In this document: positions 1-13,646 of the stretch, piece by piece
Layout of the letters: every line of letters starts with the position of its first letter
Numbering within the stretch: the first letter of the stretch is position 1
Translations under genes and position numbers: made by a program
Assembly: GCA_965649765.1 (NCBI GenBank)
Contig: OZ287752.1
Location: 83,266,001-83,330,000, forward strand
Source of the DNA: Bispira polyomma
Taxonomy: Eukaryota
Direction: 5' to 3'
DNA length: 64,000 bases
The notes under the pieces: generated by a model
Told to the model about the DNA's origin: nothing
Seen by the model: only the letters and a program-made list of their open reading frames with translations
Database searches by the model: none

Positions 1-407
1 TGGGGGCTCAGTGGGGGAGGATGGGCCTTGTAATGGGAGGCAGTTTGTACAAAGTAGATCTTTGATACAGCCAGATTAGCTATGTATGTGTTTGTACTTC
101 TCAGAAAAAAACATACCTATTACATGGAGCCAGAAAGATTGCATGTTGATATGTTGTGTACAGTTTTTAGTTTGCTTGTTTTTTTTTTAGGTCAGGAGAA
201 TAGTATTCATGGATTGCTTATTATTCACACATTACATTTCTTACCTCCATGTACATATAGTGCTATTTATTAATATTAGGCTATGCTGGGAAAAGAAACA
301 AGAATTAAAATGTATATTTTGGGATGTAGATCAAATTCAAACAGTTTTATATTGCTTGACTGACTGTGACCTTAATTGGACAATGTCAAGGCCATCATGG
401 CTGTGAA

Positions 408-594
408 CAATAGAACTTCTATTAACCAAACTTCTATTATCCAAATATTCAATTTTATGAACTCAATTTCATACTCCCAAATTTATGTTTTCTTATTGTT
501 TTGTACTAAAAATACCTCTTCTATTTTATGAACCTTCTGTTATCTGAACAAAATCTTGCTCTCCCAACATGTCCGTATAATAGAGGTTCTAGCA
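408..594 (+). mobile_element. MITE family A (~170-190 bp; TIR ~CAGTAGAACCTCTATTATC; Tc1/mariner-pogo-like)
   Basis: TAGAACTTCTATTA...ATAATAGAGGTTCTA inverted ends. The internal sequence (ctcccaaatttatg...atacctcttctattttatgaaccttc) is shared with many other copies in the window. Confidence 0.75.
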
Positions 595-785
595 TAAGTA
601 GCTTTAGAATTGGTGACATGGTCATCATAAGTATTCAGTGAGATTATGTAATCAAGTAATACACCATTATTGCTCATAAAGTTTAGTACTCATTTAAATA
701 ATTCAGATTCATCTTGCTGCCGGAAATCGGCAATTTTATGTTTCCATAGAATTATTTGAGAAAGATAGATACCTGTACCTGTACG

Positions 786-913
786 AAAAAATTGCCTTGC
801 ATTGTCCGTCGCCTATTGGCGTTACTCACATGAAAACACTTGGTTATAAATCAATGAAACTGATAGAATTGCCATCATCTCATCACCTCGGAAAATTGCG
901 TGCATGGAAACAC
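786..913 (-). mobile_element. MITE family C partial copy
   Basis: 786-912 aligns by eye with the reverse complement of 13235-13362 over ~125 bp. Confidence 0.75.
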
Positions 914-2196
914 TCACTAAAGGGTTAGATAGCTGCAGTGTTTTCACCCAATGTGTATTGACGTCATCTATTTGTGGTGGTGGTATAAATGTGTCCAGCA
1001 GCCAAAGAACCTGTGTGTGTGGTTTATAGGACAGGTGGCTGAGGCCAGATACACTGACGTCTCTACTGCCCCACCCTCCAGCCCACACGCGTGTGTCACT
1101 TACTGAGCAAGAGATGCATTAAATATGCATACATTTTGGGGGACCTGAAAATGAGAAAATTGGGAAAAATCCACGAGTTTTAGGTTTTCCTGCTCGCTTT
1201 TCTTGAAAATAATTTTGACAGCTGTTTTAATCATTGCTTTAACTAAATTATAAGATAACTATTTGATGGTTTGTTTTAAATGAAATTGAAATTGCTGTTT
1301 TCCGCCCATAGCTTTCATTAATATGTATTTTTAAATACTAATATTTTGTAAAAAATATTTGATAGATTCTCTATTTGTTTAATGTTAGTCTAAGTAAGTA
1401 CATATATGTATAATCATTTGAGCCTTAAATTCCTTGGAAGTTTAAATCTCCCCTGCGACACATATATTACACTTGAGTGTTTATCTATATATCTAGTACA
1501 GTGAAAAAAGTGTTTAGGGCTTAAAAAATCTGATTATACATCGATGAAGTCATAAAGGATGAAGGAATTGCCTTTATTGTGTGATGTATTGGTCATTTGA
1601 CTTGAATTCTTTATCATCTAGATCAAATATTGACTTCAATCCTGTTGAGAGACTTAAAAAACGTCTTCAGACAGCATAAAGTGATGGACGACCCTTGTTT
1701 TTAAAGAATCCAAATTTGTAACTGATAAGAGTATAATTAAGTATTATGGCCTGCAAATTTTTGTTGATATATTTGCACAGAGATCTGATAATAACTATGA
1801 GATGACAATAAATTGTGACATTAACGGAACAGACAAAAAATATGAAGTAGTTGTTCAAAAACTTAAATACATGCAGGTTCTTTACTTTTAAGATGCAGTT
1901 CTGTAATGTGGACATTAAATTCTATTCGTTAATTTATACAGTGACGTGAATATTTTTATATAGCTGTTTTAATTAACTTTCATCCCTATACCTTATAAAA
2001 CACATCTGGTTAAAAAAATAAGAGCATAAATTATTTGGTACACTAACAAAGCATTAGTACTTGAGGAATACTTTTTCAATATTTTTGTAAAAATATTTAA
2101 TCTAATTATGTTTAAAACTTAAAAATTGATGTCTAATTTTCGAGCTGTTTAGATGAACATATTAAGAAAAATCAAGTGACAACTGCCTTAAGTGTG

Positions 2197-2417
2197 TGTT
2201 TCCATGTTAGCCATTTTGTTCTGAGACGATCGGTCAACGGCAATTTATTGATTTCGTTGATTTAGAAGTATCCGTTTCCTTGTGAGCAATGCTGATAAGC
2301 GACGCAAGGTAACTTTTTCGCTCCTAGTTGCGAGAACATAAATGCTGCTGATTGCCGTCGGCCATTGCCTGATTGCCGTCGCCATAATTGCCGTCGCTCA
2401 TTGCCAACATGGAAGCA
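2197..2417. mobile_element. Family C-related MITE with internal ATTGCCGTCG repeats
   Basis: TGTTTCCATGTTAGC ... GCCAACATGGAAGCA inverted ends; ATTGCCGTCG three times within 2351-2396. Confidence 0.65.
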
Positions 2418-3505
2418 TAGACCAAGAGAGGTTGATTATGTGAGTATTGGCATCCAAGCGGATCAGTAGGGAGGATTCTGATGTCTTATGAAGCCCTATT
2501 AATAATGCTGTTTCTTTTATTAAGACAAACAGAGGCAGCCAATTAATAACACTTGGAGTAGTTTATCTCATTGCAGCACACACCCTGTCATTAATAATAG
2601 TTTTTTCTTGCTATTCCCAGACACAGCCTCTATTCCTTCTTAGCATGATTAGAAGTTTTTTTCTTTTATTGAGTATTGTGTGCTTCTCAGTGAAGCATTC
2701 CCTTCCCCCTAGTGGGGGGGAGGATACCCTTTTAGAAGACCCCCCCCCCCATAGTATCCCCCTCCCTAAGCCAGATTCTGAAACGTACGCGAATGTCCAC
2801 TACAACTTAAAGTGACAGGTTTATACAGTAAGATCCTCAAAAATTTAATTGGACAACAATGAAGTATAATTATTATAATAATATAACGTCGAACACACTG
2901 TTCTACTATTATTCCGATATGTATATGTGAAGGAAGCTATTCCTTGTCTTAACTGTTTCTCAACTTGCTCACAATCTTTAAACTGAAATCTCATTTGGTT
3001 TTATCAATTTCAAGCAAGCGGTTGGGAGAAAAAAACTTTTCTACATAAATGTCAAGCTTAGGTTTTTGCTTAAATTTCCTACATTTAACACAGTGCATAG
3101 CACTTGCATGAATCGATCAATTGCTATAATTTCATATGTATAACTAATCAGTGCAGATAACCCATCCCTATCACAATAAACATAATCAGAAAAGTGGGTT
3201 GATGAAGTTTTACTTTTTAAGAAATGACAACTTGGTATTGACTATAATTGTCAGTTTTAAGTTAGGTGTGTATATAAAACCTCTACCAGAGCTTTATCAA
3301 TAGATTATAGCCAGTAGGGAGATATAATGGATTTATTAGTGTAAATGATTATTTTGCCTTTGAACTGGCTCTTTTGTACCAAGCATTCTTTACATTTCAC
3401 AAAGGTTTCCCTGGCCCTCCTATTAATTTAGCCCTGCTAAAAGACACAAAGTTTCAGTTTAAGTATTACAAAAATGTGAGCAATATTTGCCTATATAGTC
3501 GAGTA

Positions 3506-3671
3506 CAGTAGTACCTCTATTATCTGGAATATGCAATTTTATTACCTCTATTTTACTCTTCCAAATCTATAGTTTTCTGCTGTACCACTATATGTCTATT
3601 TGAGGAACATTCTATTATATGAACATATTATGACTACCACCAAAAGTGTTTGGATAATAGAGGTTCTATTG
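3506..3671 (+). mobile_element. MITE family A copy with TA flanks
   Basis: TA|CAGTAGTACCTCTATTATC ... GATAATAGAGGTTCTATTG|TA. Confidence 0.75.
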
Positions 3672-6600
3672 TATTGACGGCTATAACTTTTGTAGTGTTC
3701 TTAGACAAGGGGATTGTTACCTGTGTTGTGATATCATTTACAGTTTCTTAACATGACACATTGATCAACTCTGACAAATAATGGTGAATAATATTTCCTC
3801 ACACACTGGAGATATTCATGATGGACAATACCACATTGACAGATTGATTTGTTCTCACCACAAAAATAGACCCCCCAAAAGCTGACATTGTAAAACAATG
3901 CATCAGACAGGAAGTTCACAGACTGGATAGACCAATGTTATTATGTTGATGTCACGGTTTTACATCCTACTGTTTTAAAGTTGTTCTTGTATCAATGGTG
4001 CACATTTTAAAACTAGAGAATTATTAACCACATAAACAAGGCCACCAACACGTGTGGTTCGTAAATTGTCCCCACTTTATGCCGTTATTGTCCCTTTTTA
4101 TGGACTTAAATTACATTTGTCTCTGTTTTTTAACTGTTGCTCTAATAACCAATGCCACAAATTGTAACTACTTCCAAAAGCCACAATGTGTCTGTCATAT
4201 ATATGGTTTATTTGACTGAGCCGTGGATTTTGGCCTTTCATCTGAGCTGATTACAAGGAGTACATATGGGTATTTCAGTGAACAGTGTGGCACCTTCTTC
4301 ATGGATTCTGTATTTATAGAGTGGTGGTGGCAGCACTAACTCACCTAGGGTGGTTCTGTCTGGTTATTCAGTGCAAACCTGAGGGTTTTTCATAATATTG
4401 AGTGTAAAATATCTGGATGTGGGACTCAAACCCACATTAGTGAAATATATTTATCTCTTAAAAAAGATATAATACAAATTGAATTTTCTTGTTTGAATTT
4501 AACAGAAAGAATGTTTGTTGAAATAATGGATGATCGTTACGTTTAAAGTAAAACTGTGTGTATATAGAAATGCCTTTAAAAGTGTGACCTCTGGAGTTGA
4601 GTGGAGTTTATATGTGCTAGAGTTCAGTCTTGAAATACACTGAGAGAAAATTGATATCTTTTACATCATGAACAACAGTGTTAATATTACATATAACATT
4701 AAACTGGTCGTTACTCATCTAGGTCCTACCCAGTTCTGAGTAAATTAGGTAAAAAAATAATTTTGTTTTTCTTGATTTTAATGCAGTTGTCTCCCAAGAG
4801 CTATCAGTGATTCTAAGTAACTTGACAACTTTGACTGGGCCCAGAGTTGGCTGAGAATGCTCTCTCAGTTTCCTGGCAGTTAAATTATCTCTCTCGCTTT
4901 TTTTCCAAAGTGACCTAGGCAGAGATTTTCTTGGGTACCAGGAATAGTCTTCTCAGTGTAAATCAAATCACTCAAACAAACCTGCCACATGATGGACAGA
5001 ATTCATTTACTGCTTCATTGAGTGTGCATTTTTTTTGCTTCATGGCTAGCCCCCAAAAAGGGGGTAGTCCCACGCGTTAGATGGATGTCTTTTGGATTTG
5101 CTGATGGAGAAACTCCTGTTGAACACATAGACGCTTTCCTTTGTCTTTCCACTTTAATAGTTAAATACAAACACCCCTTTTAATAGGAATCTGCTAGGAG
5201 ATTGACTTCCATTTTATATATAGTGAGGAAAATCATCCATCCCACTTTTAGCTTTTTCTTCTGTAAAATATTCCCTCAAGTAAAAAAACCATACTTACAA
5301 AGATTATAATTTCTCCTGGTCCCTTGTCGTTGGACTGTACAGTTAGTTATCTGACTTTAAAAAACTACCCTTGAATGTTTAACTTTTGTAAAAGTCTAAT
5401 CTGTTCACATGAAAAAAGATGTTGTGGGATCACCATCTGACTTATTCTGTTAAGAAGTAATTTACTCTTTCCTGTTTTCTAAAAATATGCAATATACGAA
5501 CATAGGTTGTATTTATAGTTAGCGACAAGTGGCAGCTGATTGTAGCTTTTCCATGTTTAAGATTGTTCTGGCCCGTTTTGTTGAAAAAGAAAATATTTTA
5601 TCTTTGCAAAATTTGTCCTGCTGGTTTGCTGACAGACTGCCCCCATCCAGTGATTGTTTTTTTGTGTGTGCCTAATAGTAGTCAGTATATGGAGATAGTG
5701 TAATAAAACATAAAAAGAGAGAGAATTGACCACTGGCCGTTCTTTTGTGATTGGTCAACAGCTACATGGAAAGAAGGCTTAAGAGATTTTACTGTGCATA
5801 TATGGCCCGTATTAGTATTACAGGGCAAGAGATAGTCACTGTTGCCACTTTATGAATGACGTTCTTTAGAAATTCAAGTTTTACTAAGAATTCAGACACT
5901 TCCCTCAGTTCTTTGTCAGGGGTCAGTCTTTTTGTATCAGTAAAATGATCCATCCCCAGTCTATGTCAATATGACATGATCTAATATATGCTGCCTTCAG
6001 CATTGATGTGGTTATGAGTGATAGGTGTCTCTTTGAAAGATTAGATGAGCTTTCATACACCACACCAGTAAACCAGTGCTGTACACAAGCAAAATGTGGT
6101 GAAATTCATCCAACCGTTTAACTCTGGGACCAGATTTCGAGATCGGTTCTAACATTTCAAAAGAGAGTTTGCTGTCAGTGAGGTGTGCCTCTACTCTCTA
6201 TATTCAACAGGAGCACTGTTGACATTAGTCGGTTCAATTTGGTGAAAATTCTATTCCGAGTAGTAGCATGGATTTGTTCCCCTCTTGTGTCTATTGATAT
6301 TTTCACAGTTTTGCCGGAAATTTTGCCTTATTTGTGAGGTATAAAACGTTTGTGGTGAGCATTCCCAGTGGAAATTTTGTTTGATCAGCCTTTAAAAAAA
6401 CTGAGGAAACCTTTTTCCCCATAGCTTTATTTCCTAGTACAATAGGGCGTGCAACAGTCTGTATTGTTTTTTTTGTTTTTTTCGTTTCGTATAATGTCAG
6501 ATGTGAAAGTTCCAGGTTCAAAACAATTAACAAAACTAAATTAAGGACGCAAACTTCTCCCTATCAAAAAACACAACACCTCCACAGATTCTGAGTAATT

Positions 6601-6797
6601 ACAGGAGCAAATGTTCTTCAATATATAAATACTTGGAGGCTTTTAGAAAAACAGCAAAGGTTTGCGATTCAAACTTTGGAAGGTATTTGGAGTTAAGTAG
6701 AGGATTACAAAAAACTAATTGCTTTTGTTAGAAACCCATTTTTGGAGGTAGAAATCATCAGCCACTGCGTATCTGTTAATACTCAATTACTAATTTA

Positions 6798-6966
6798 CCC
6801 TAAACTCCCTCGTAATAGCCCATGCTCTCATAAGAGCCCAGCCCTAGTTTTCTATAAATACTGTTAAAATTTTAAATGAAAAAACCACATTCTCTTTGGA
6901 GTCCAGCCTTTACAATTCCTCAAGTTCAAGTTAAAAGCCCATGGGCTATTACGAGGGAGTTTAGGG
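6798..6966. mobile_element. 169-bp MITE with perfect 27-bp TIRs
   Basis: CCCTAAACTCCCTCGTAATAGCCCATG at 6798 and its exact reverse complement ending at 6966; TA on the left, ATA on the right. Confidence 0.85.
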
Positions 6967-7053
6967 ATATAGATTGATAAAGTTTAATTCATGAGAAGAG
7001 TGTCCCAAAGGTTATGGCGACTTTTATTAAAAATTTTGTATTTTTCAGAATTT

Positions 7054-7147
7054 CAAGTTTGCTGATTGTCAACTTCTTATAAACAAGCTTACTGATTGTC
7101 AACTTGTTATAAACAAGCTTACTGATTGTCAACTTCTTATCAAGCTT
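7054..7147 (+). repeat. 30-bp tandem repeat, 3 copies
   Basis: CAAGCTTACTGATTGTCAACTTSTTATAAA units starting at 7054, 7084 and 7114. Confidence 0.9.
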
Positions 7148-7237
7148 AATTATTACAGGAGTATTTTGAGAGCTCACAACTCTAATGAGTTAAAAGCTAA
7201 CTAAATAATGATTTTATGTTTGTTCAGGTATAACGTA

Positions 7238-7413
7238 GAGTCAAAACCCCTTCATGTAGAACTCTGTTAAGTCAACTTTTCTTTTACGTACAGAAAAAAA
7301 ATGTTGTCCCACAAAATCATTATCTTTTAATTTTGACCTGTTAAGTGGAAATCCTGCTCAAGTAGATGTATTTCTTCTTGTCGCTACAACTTCAACTTAG
7401 ATGACTTTAACTG
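7238..7413 (+). mobile_element. MITE family B (~175 bp; TIR ~CAGTCAAACCCCTTTAAGT; TA flanks; pogo/Tigger-like)
   Basis: agtcaaaaccccttcatgtagaactctgttaagt...cctgttaagtggaaatcctgct...tttaactg|TA; colinear with the 47444 copy. Confidence 0.65.
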
Positions 7414-8580
7414 TACAAACCCTTAGTTAACCCCATGTTTACTTAGTCTGAACTTAATTTATATTATCTGGGTCTGATTAATGGACTCCTTTTACCACTG
7501 GATACAAAGAATCTGGAGGATTGACCCCAAAAAGACTTAATTGATCATTAGTAATACACAGCATGCATGTAGTACCATTCAATACTTCTTCATTATCCTT
7601 AACCAATACATGTATATTTATGACACCATTCCATGAATTCTTATAATAACTGGTATAAACAGCACACCAGAGTTAAAACGATTTTGTTTGGAGTTTCAAT
7701 GCATTCCTATGGGAGCATTATTATGTATTACTCGCTGTTGACCCGGATATTCCTCGGAGATAAGCTTGTATTAATACATTCTGTTGTCACATTTGTTATC
7801 AAATCGTGAACAGGCCACTGCGGGGTGTTCTCCGTTGTTTGGGGACCCCGTTCAAATATTGACCTCCGAATCAAGCCTCTATTACGAAAATAATCGGTTC
7901 AATAGGAAAGTTATATTTCCAGTGATTCTTTGTTCAGGTGAAGTTTAGTGCCTTGGCTTCTGGCAATTTGTCTTCCTCTCTCTATTCACTATCACCAGCA
8001 GAAGGCCTTTTTTAATACCTTTGAAATGGGCACCATTAGAACCAAATCTCCTGGAGTATTTCCTGAGGTTAAAAACACGGCTATTAATGGGTGGGTGTCT
8101 GGAATCGCCTGAAAGTCACTGGCGTTTATTGTTGAGTTTTGTATAAGGTGGGGGTATAAAAGGAAAGATTGGTATTTTAAGTAAAGGAAGGTTTTGTGGT
8201 ATTCTTCAAAGTAATAGGAAAGTGTTTGGTATTCGAGCAAATGTTCTTGATATGACAAATCCAAAATACCAGGAATGGTTTTCAGCTATACCACATTTTT
8301 CTTATCCCCAAAATGTCTCCTGGTTTGTTTCAGTTTAACAGTGATACATGGATAGGTGTTTTTTTATTGCAATAAAAAAAATAGTTCTTTCACAATTTAT
8401 GAACACCTCGGCTTTTTACCATTTGGTAATGTAATGTAAATGTGTGCAGGTTTGTAATCCGATATTACGTCTATTGAGGTCTCGGCCAACAATTTACACC
8501 CCCAGCCTGGGTTCTTTCACTTACTTGTTACCAATTGTTCGGTCTCAGCTCCACATACAGCGGGAAAAACTAATGTCCAT

Positions 8581-8716
8581 TAGCGACCAGGTACCCATTA
8601 ATAAACCTGGGTAGAGAGGGACAACTTGAGGCACCTTTGTCCAAGGGTACAATTACTAGGCCAGCAGTAAGGATAGAACGTGGACCCTCACATCTGAAGT
8701 CAAACACTCTAACCAC
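8581..8716 (-). mobile_element. CORE-type tRNA-derived SINE fragment
   Basis: Minus strand: agtggttagagtgtttgact...cgttctatcc (A/B-box remnants), then tgtacccttggacaaagg...ctctctacccaggtttattaatgggtacc, resembling the CORE-SINE central domain. Confidence 0.55.
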
Positions 8717-9146
8717 TAATGTATTGAATCCGTCTCTAACTTCTGCTACTGTAATATGTTGCAGCATCTCCCCCCCACCTCCCACCCCACCCCCTCTCTC
8801 AAAATAGGCACAGGTTAGAGAAGTGGAAAATCTGACATCATAACCAGGGAAATTATGACATTGGCTGTGATGCCTGCAACTACCCCTTAAACACTCTTGG
8901 TGTATTAATATTGTAGACAAATCAAACGGTGGGTTTGTTAACCATAGTATGGACGTCAGTCAGTTCTTCATCTCAGACTCTCCTGATATTAAACACGTTT
9001 AGCCTTCAGAAGCCCTGTCGTGACAGTGGACTGAGATCAAACTGTCTGCTGTTGGAGAGATCAAAATACCAGAAGGGGAAATGTGTTTCTTTATTAATTC
9101 ATGTATGTCATGTTGGTCTTAATGGGCTTTTCTATATGTGCGTCTC

Positions 9147-9380
9147 AAGAACTGGTTCCCCTTTTATTAGCTGTAAAATTTATTAGCAATGTTAAAAGAA
9201 CCCTCGATTCGTTGGCCGAAAGCATTAAATGTTAAATTACAATAGATTTTACAAGCTTCTATATGCATCTGAAAACTTGTTCCCTTTCTATTTGCCGTAT
9301 ATCAATCAGCAATGTTAAAAGAAACCCTGGACTCCTTTGTCCAAAGCAGTAAATGTTAAATCACAGTAGATTTTACAATT
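9147..9380 (+). repeat. ~123-bp diverged tandem duplication
   Basis: AGCAATGTTAAAAGAA...AAAGCA.TAAATGTTAAAT.ACA.TAGATTTTACAA at 9185 and 9308. Confidence 0.85.
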
Positions 9381-9490
9381 TTCTCTTAGAAAAAAAAATG
9401 ATCGGTTATTTGTTAAAACACTGACAGGGTCCAGGTCTTATTAACGATTGAAATATTTGATATGCTTGATATAATTTTAAAATTTAAATA

Positions 9491-9673
9491 CAGTGGAATT
9501 TCTATAATAGTCGACTGTTATTATACAAATGTTTAATTTTACAAACTCGTGTCAAGATTTGTACTTGTATTTTGCTGTTGTTTTGAACTGAAATGCGTCT
9601 TAAATTTCTGAATCTTCTATTATCCAAACCAAATCTTAATGTCCAAAGCTGTTCAGATAATACACGTTCTGCT
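9491..9673 (+). mobile_element. MITE family A copy (degenerate)
   Basis: TA|CAGTGGAATTTCTATAAT ... ttctattatccaaac ... gttcagataatacacgttctgc. Confidence 0.6.
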
Positions 9674-11286
9674 TTGCTTTACTTCTTTTCATGTTCTTGT
9701 ACTGATGATAATTCATATTCAAGTAGATGTACATGTATTCAGCTACCGTTTGTAATTATATTGTAATGACCTTACACGTAGGGCATTGTTGTATCTAGTG
9801 CACGATTGTACAATGCTCGAGTTATTTCCTCAAAACACATGACCTTTTCATCACTATTCATGTGATTTATCTTTTTTTTTCTTTTGTTAAAAAGGGGATT
9901 TTTTTGTTTTAATTACAGTTGTATTGTTTGTAGAAGCTGTTTGTCTTTCTTTAAAATGTAATTGAAGGACAAAGTCTACCCATTGAAGCATGCTTAGTAG
10001 CTAGAGCCAAAAGACTTTATAGGCAAGTGACTGTGAAATGAAGTATCTTGATAATGTATACCATTCTCTGACTCAGTGTGATAACTAGATATAAAAAATA
10101 CTACCCACATAACATTTAAAAGTTGTTTTTTTTTTACTAATTTAATGAACAAACTCCCAATACTTCAGTGTCAACATTTTAAGAGGAGACTAGATTGAAA
10201 AAAAAATTAGTGCACGACTTTGTATGAACTTAAGTCTAGACTTTTATCCGTGTAACCAGAAAACCTTGAGTGAAATATATGGATGTGATCCCATCTGGAG
10301 ATTCTTTTTTGGGGGCATATTCATATATTTGCATCAATGTATGTATGTATGTATGTGTACTGAAGGAGTCGCTTTCTATGTATGTGACTTGTAAATGTCT
10401 GAACAGGGTTATAAATGCATACATTTACAAATTCATGAAGCCTACACTTAACTTCAAACAGTTTTCTGAAAGAACCTAGAATATTAAAATACTAGACCTC
10501 CTTAACATTTCAGCCATCTCATTTACAAACCTGAACTGTCCAGTGAATTTTTCTGTTCATGTATTCATTTCTGCTGCAGTGGAATGGTATATATATTATT
10601 ATTTTTAAGATACTTATTATTCTATTTCAAGATACTTATTATTCTATATATATTTGGAGTTTCAAAAGGTTCTAGTAGGCTATTTCCCTTGCCTTGTTTT
10701 ACATGTTTTAGTAGAATACACAAGACCCCAGTACAACTGTGTATTGCAATGCCCAGAACGGTCATTACTGGTTTGTCTCGCCCTCATAAAAAAAGATTTT
10801 TGCCAGGCGACAGTCCTACTAATCCATTGGCTTTATGTCAGATCCCCTAGATGGAATGATTACCCCATTATTTCAATAGCGTGCCAATTTCATATATGGG
10901 TTGGTCTCGGCAAGTGTACCAGTGGCCATATCCTGATGATGAGAGGGCTTTTTTTGGGTGTGTTATTGGATCTAATGACTCAGTGATATGTACTGGCCTC
11001 TAGTGATGGACTCGTATATGTGGTTATGGTTTGTGTTGCCCTTGTTTGGTCTCTGCTGGTGTCTTGTGGACATCACTAGGACGCACAGCAGATACCTAAT
11101 TATTCTAACAAATATCTCTTAGTAAAACACCCCTTCCTTTTGTACCTCAATTTGTAACAAACATCACCTTTAGATAAACTTGTGTGGACTAGTTTGAACC
11201 GATTTGAATGATCTCTGTTTTAGTGTCTACTGCTTTTCTTCACCAAATGACTTACTACATTTGAAAATGATGTTGATGCACCATCA

Positions 11287-11375
11287 TTAAATTATGAAAC
11301 TCATTGGTCAGCACAAGTTAAATTATGAAACTCATAGCACAAATTAAATTATGAAACTCGTAGCTCAGCACAAGT
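11287..11375 (+). repeat. 26-31-bp tandem repeat, 3 copies
   Basis: TTAAATTATGAAACTC...AGCACAA three times. Confidence 0.85.
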
Positions 11376-13234
11376 ATTTAGATAGGGTATGTTCCAGTAT
11401 AATTGTTTTGAAATTCAACTTAATTTCAATTATTTCCCACTGGACTCTTCACAAAAAGCTGACATATCTGAAGTTATAGTCAACTATTCGCCAACAAATG
11501 TAGTTTTTTTGCATTTTGAAAACAACAACAGCAGCCTTCTGTGTTATAGACATCTTTGCATCCCCCCAAAAAAGACATTTATTCTTTAGGACAACTTTTA
11601 GCCGAGGTAAAACCATGTTATCCCTAGTGATTGCACATATATACTTGTGTTGGTAAATTTGCTCAATCTTTGCGAGAGTGATTAAATTGCTGGCATCTAA
11701 ATTAGATAATGTGCAGATTTATTCCTCCACTTTACTCTTGTTATGTCACACAACCCTAGTCACTTAAAGAAGGTGTGTGCTACAAAAATGTTAGCTGGGG
11801 GAGAAACGCTCTCCGGGAGATCTGAAGGTCAAACATGTATAATCCTCGGTATAAAGCTGGAATAGGGCGGGAATCATTAGTGGAAAGATCAGACACAAAT
11901 AAAAACTACAGCTGAGACAAAAGTAGCTTATTTCCAATTCCCTTTGTAGTGGAGGGTCCCTAGTTGCTGCAGCATATCCACTGTTCAAATTGGGTTTGTT
12001 CTTGGTTCCAGAGTTTTGGGTCTAGCCCCATTAGAGGAAGATCTATCACTTCAGAGGCAATTTGCACAGATTTGTTTTTGGCAAATTTGTGGACCCTGGC
12101 ATCAGGGATGCAAATCCCCGGGTTGCTGGAGGTTCGTTAGTATTTTAAGTTGGCGGAGTGTAATGAATTTCTCTTGTCCTCTCAGTATTAAAGGGAGATT
12201 GATCAATCAATCTTGTAGTCACCAGATTTGTTCTGAAGCTTTTACAGCTACGGTTACCATGATATTATTCATCTTATAGAGAAGCGAGAGAATATAATCC
12301 AGGTTGTCTTCAAAATAGTGATGTAAAAGGCTATGTTTCCATTCAGGCGATGGCTGACTCTTGACATGCAACATGGCCATTTGGGCAAATTGATCACCTG
12401 GTATATCAATTGTTTAAAACATTTTCATTTGGACTCTGCAACAAACACAAAATGGTCAAGTTATGGCTTTGTGAAATTTTGCTTTACATAAAAATTTGAC
12501 AGGGATATAGATTAAGACATGGAATAATGAATCAGACTAGTACTGCAAAACCTATATCTGATAAACCTTTCTATTTATCCAAAGAAAATCTTGGCTTTCC
12601 CAGGGGTCAACAAGATAATACAGATTATCCTGCACACATGAATATTTTTAACTGAAATAACTAGATAAAAATTAGGTGTAATACTTGAATGAACAGTTAT
12701 ATGTTATAAGAAAGTAAATATCCAGTCGTTTTATCGCTTATAGTTTGAGTATACAAGTTAAGAGAGCTGGTAAAATGTCTGGTCTCACAAAACAACTTGT
12801 TCCTGGTAGCAATATAGTCAAGAGATAAATTTTATGCCATTTTGCCATCTTATGGATCTGCTCTTATCATTGGTCTTGAGTGGCCAAAGTAAAGATATTT
12901 ATTGTTTCTCTCCGGGATTCCCCTCAAGCTGGTGGATAGGATCACAAGGTCTGAAAAAAGCGAGTCATTTTCAAGTGGCCCGGGATGGATGGCCCATGAT
13001 TTCGGCATAGACACTGTTGCCTGCGTGTCTGCCTTCTCTGGCCTCTGGCTGGTGTTTAGCTATCTGTTTGAGCTCTGAGGAGCATGAAGCCAAATAAACT
13101 CAAGTGCTATGCATTATGGAATTAGAGAGAGATGGGAGCAGCAATGTTTTTAGCACTTCAGAGTAGCCTCATAGTGAAGGTGAAGTGTATGCTGTAGTTA
13201 GAGGTTGTTTTTATCATCCAGACAGTTTAGTGGA

Positions 13235-13646
13235 TGTTTCCATGCAGGCAAATTTCTGAGGCGATCAACCGACGGCCATTCTATCACTTTCACTGATTTA
13301 TCACTAAGTGTTTACATGGGAGCAATACCGAGAGGCGGCAGGCAATGCAAGAGCAATTTTTTACTCCTGGTTGTGCCTAGCATCGCATGGTGTCGCCCTA
13401 TAAACATTGCCGATTCTTTATTAATAACTTAGAAATTACTGAAGGTAAAATTTTTTGACAATATGTTGAGAACGCTTATTTTTTCGGGTTTATTGTGCTT
13501 TTTGTTGCATCAAAATCGGTTGAGAAATGGCTAAAATATTTAACTTAATACGGGTATTCATTTGAAAAAAAAAAATTCTATTGAAACATAAAATTGATGG
13601 AATTTCCGTCTGCTGATCGCCTCAGAAAATCGCCTACATGGAAATG
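13235..13646 (+). mobile_element. MITE family C (~410 bp; TIR TGTTTCCATGCAGGCAAATTTCTGAGGCGATCA; Harbinger-like)
   Basis: Left TTTCCATGCAGGCAAATTTCTGAGGCGATCA versus right TGATCGCCTCAGAAAATCGCCTACATGGAAA: ~31-bp TIR with 3 mismatches. Confidence 0.8.
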
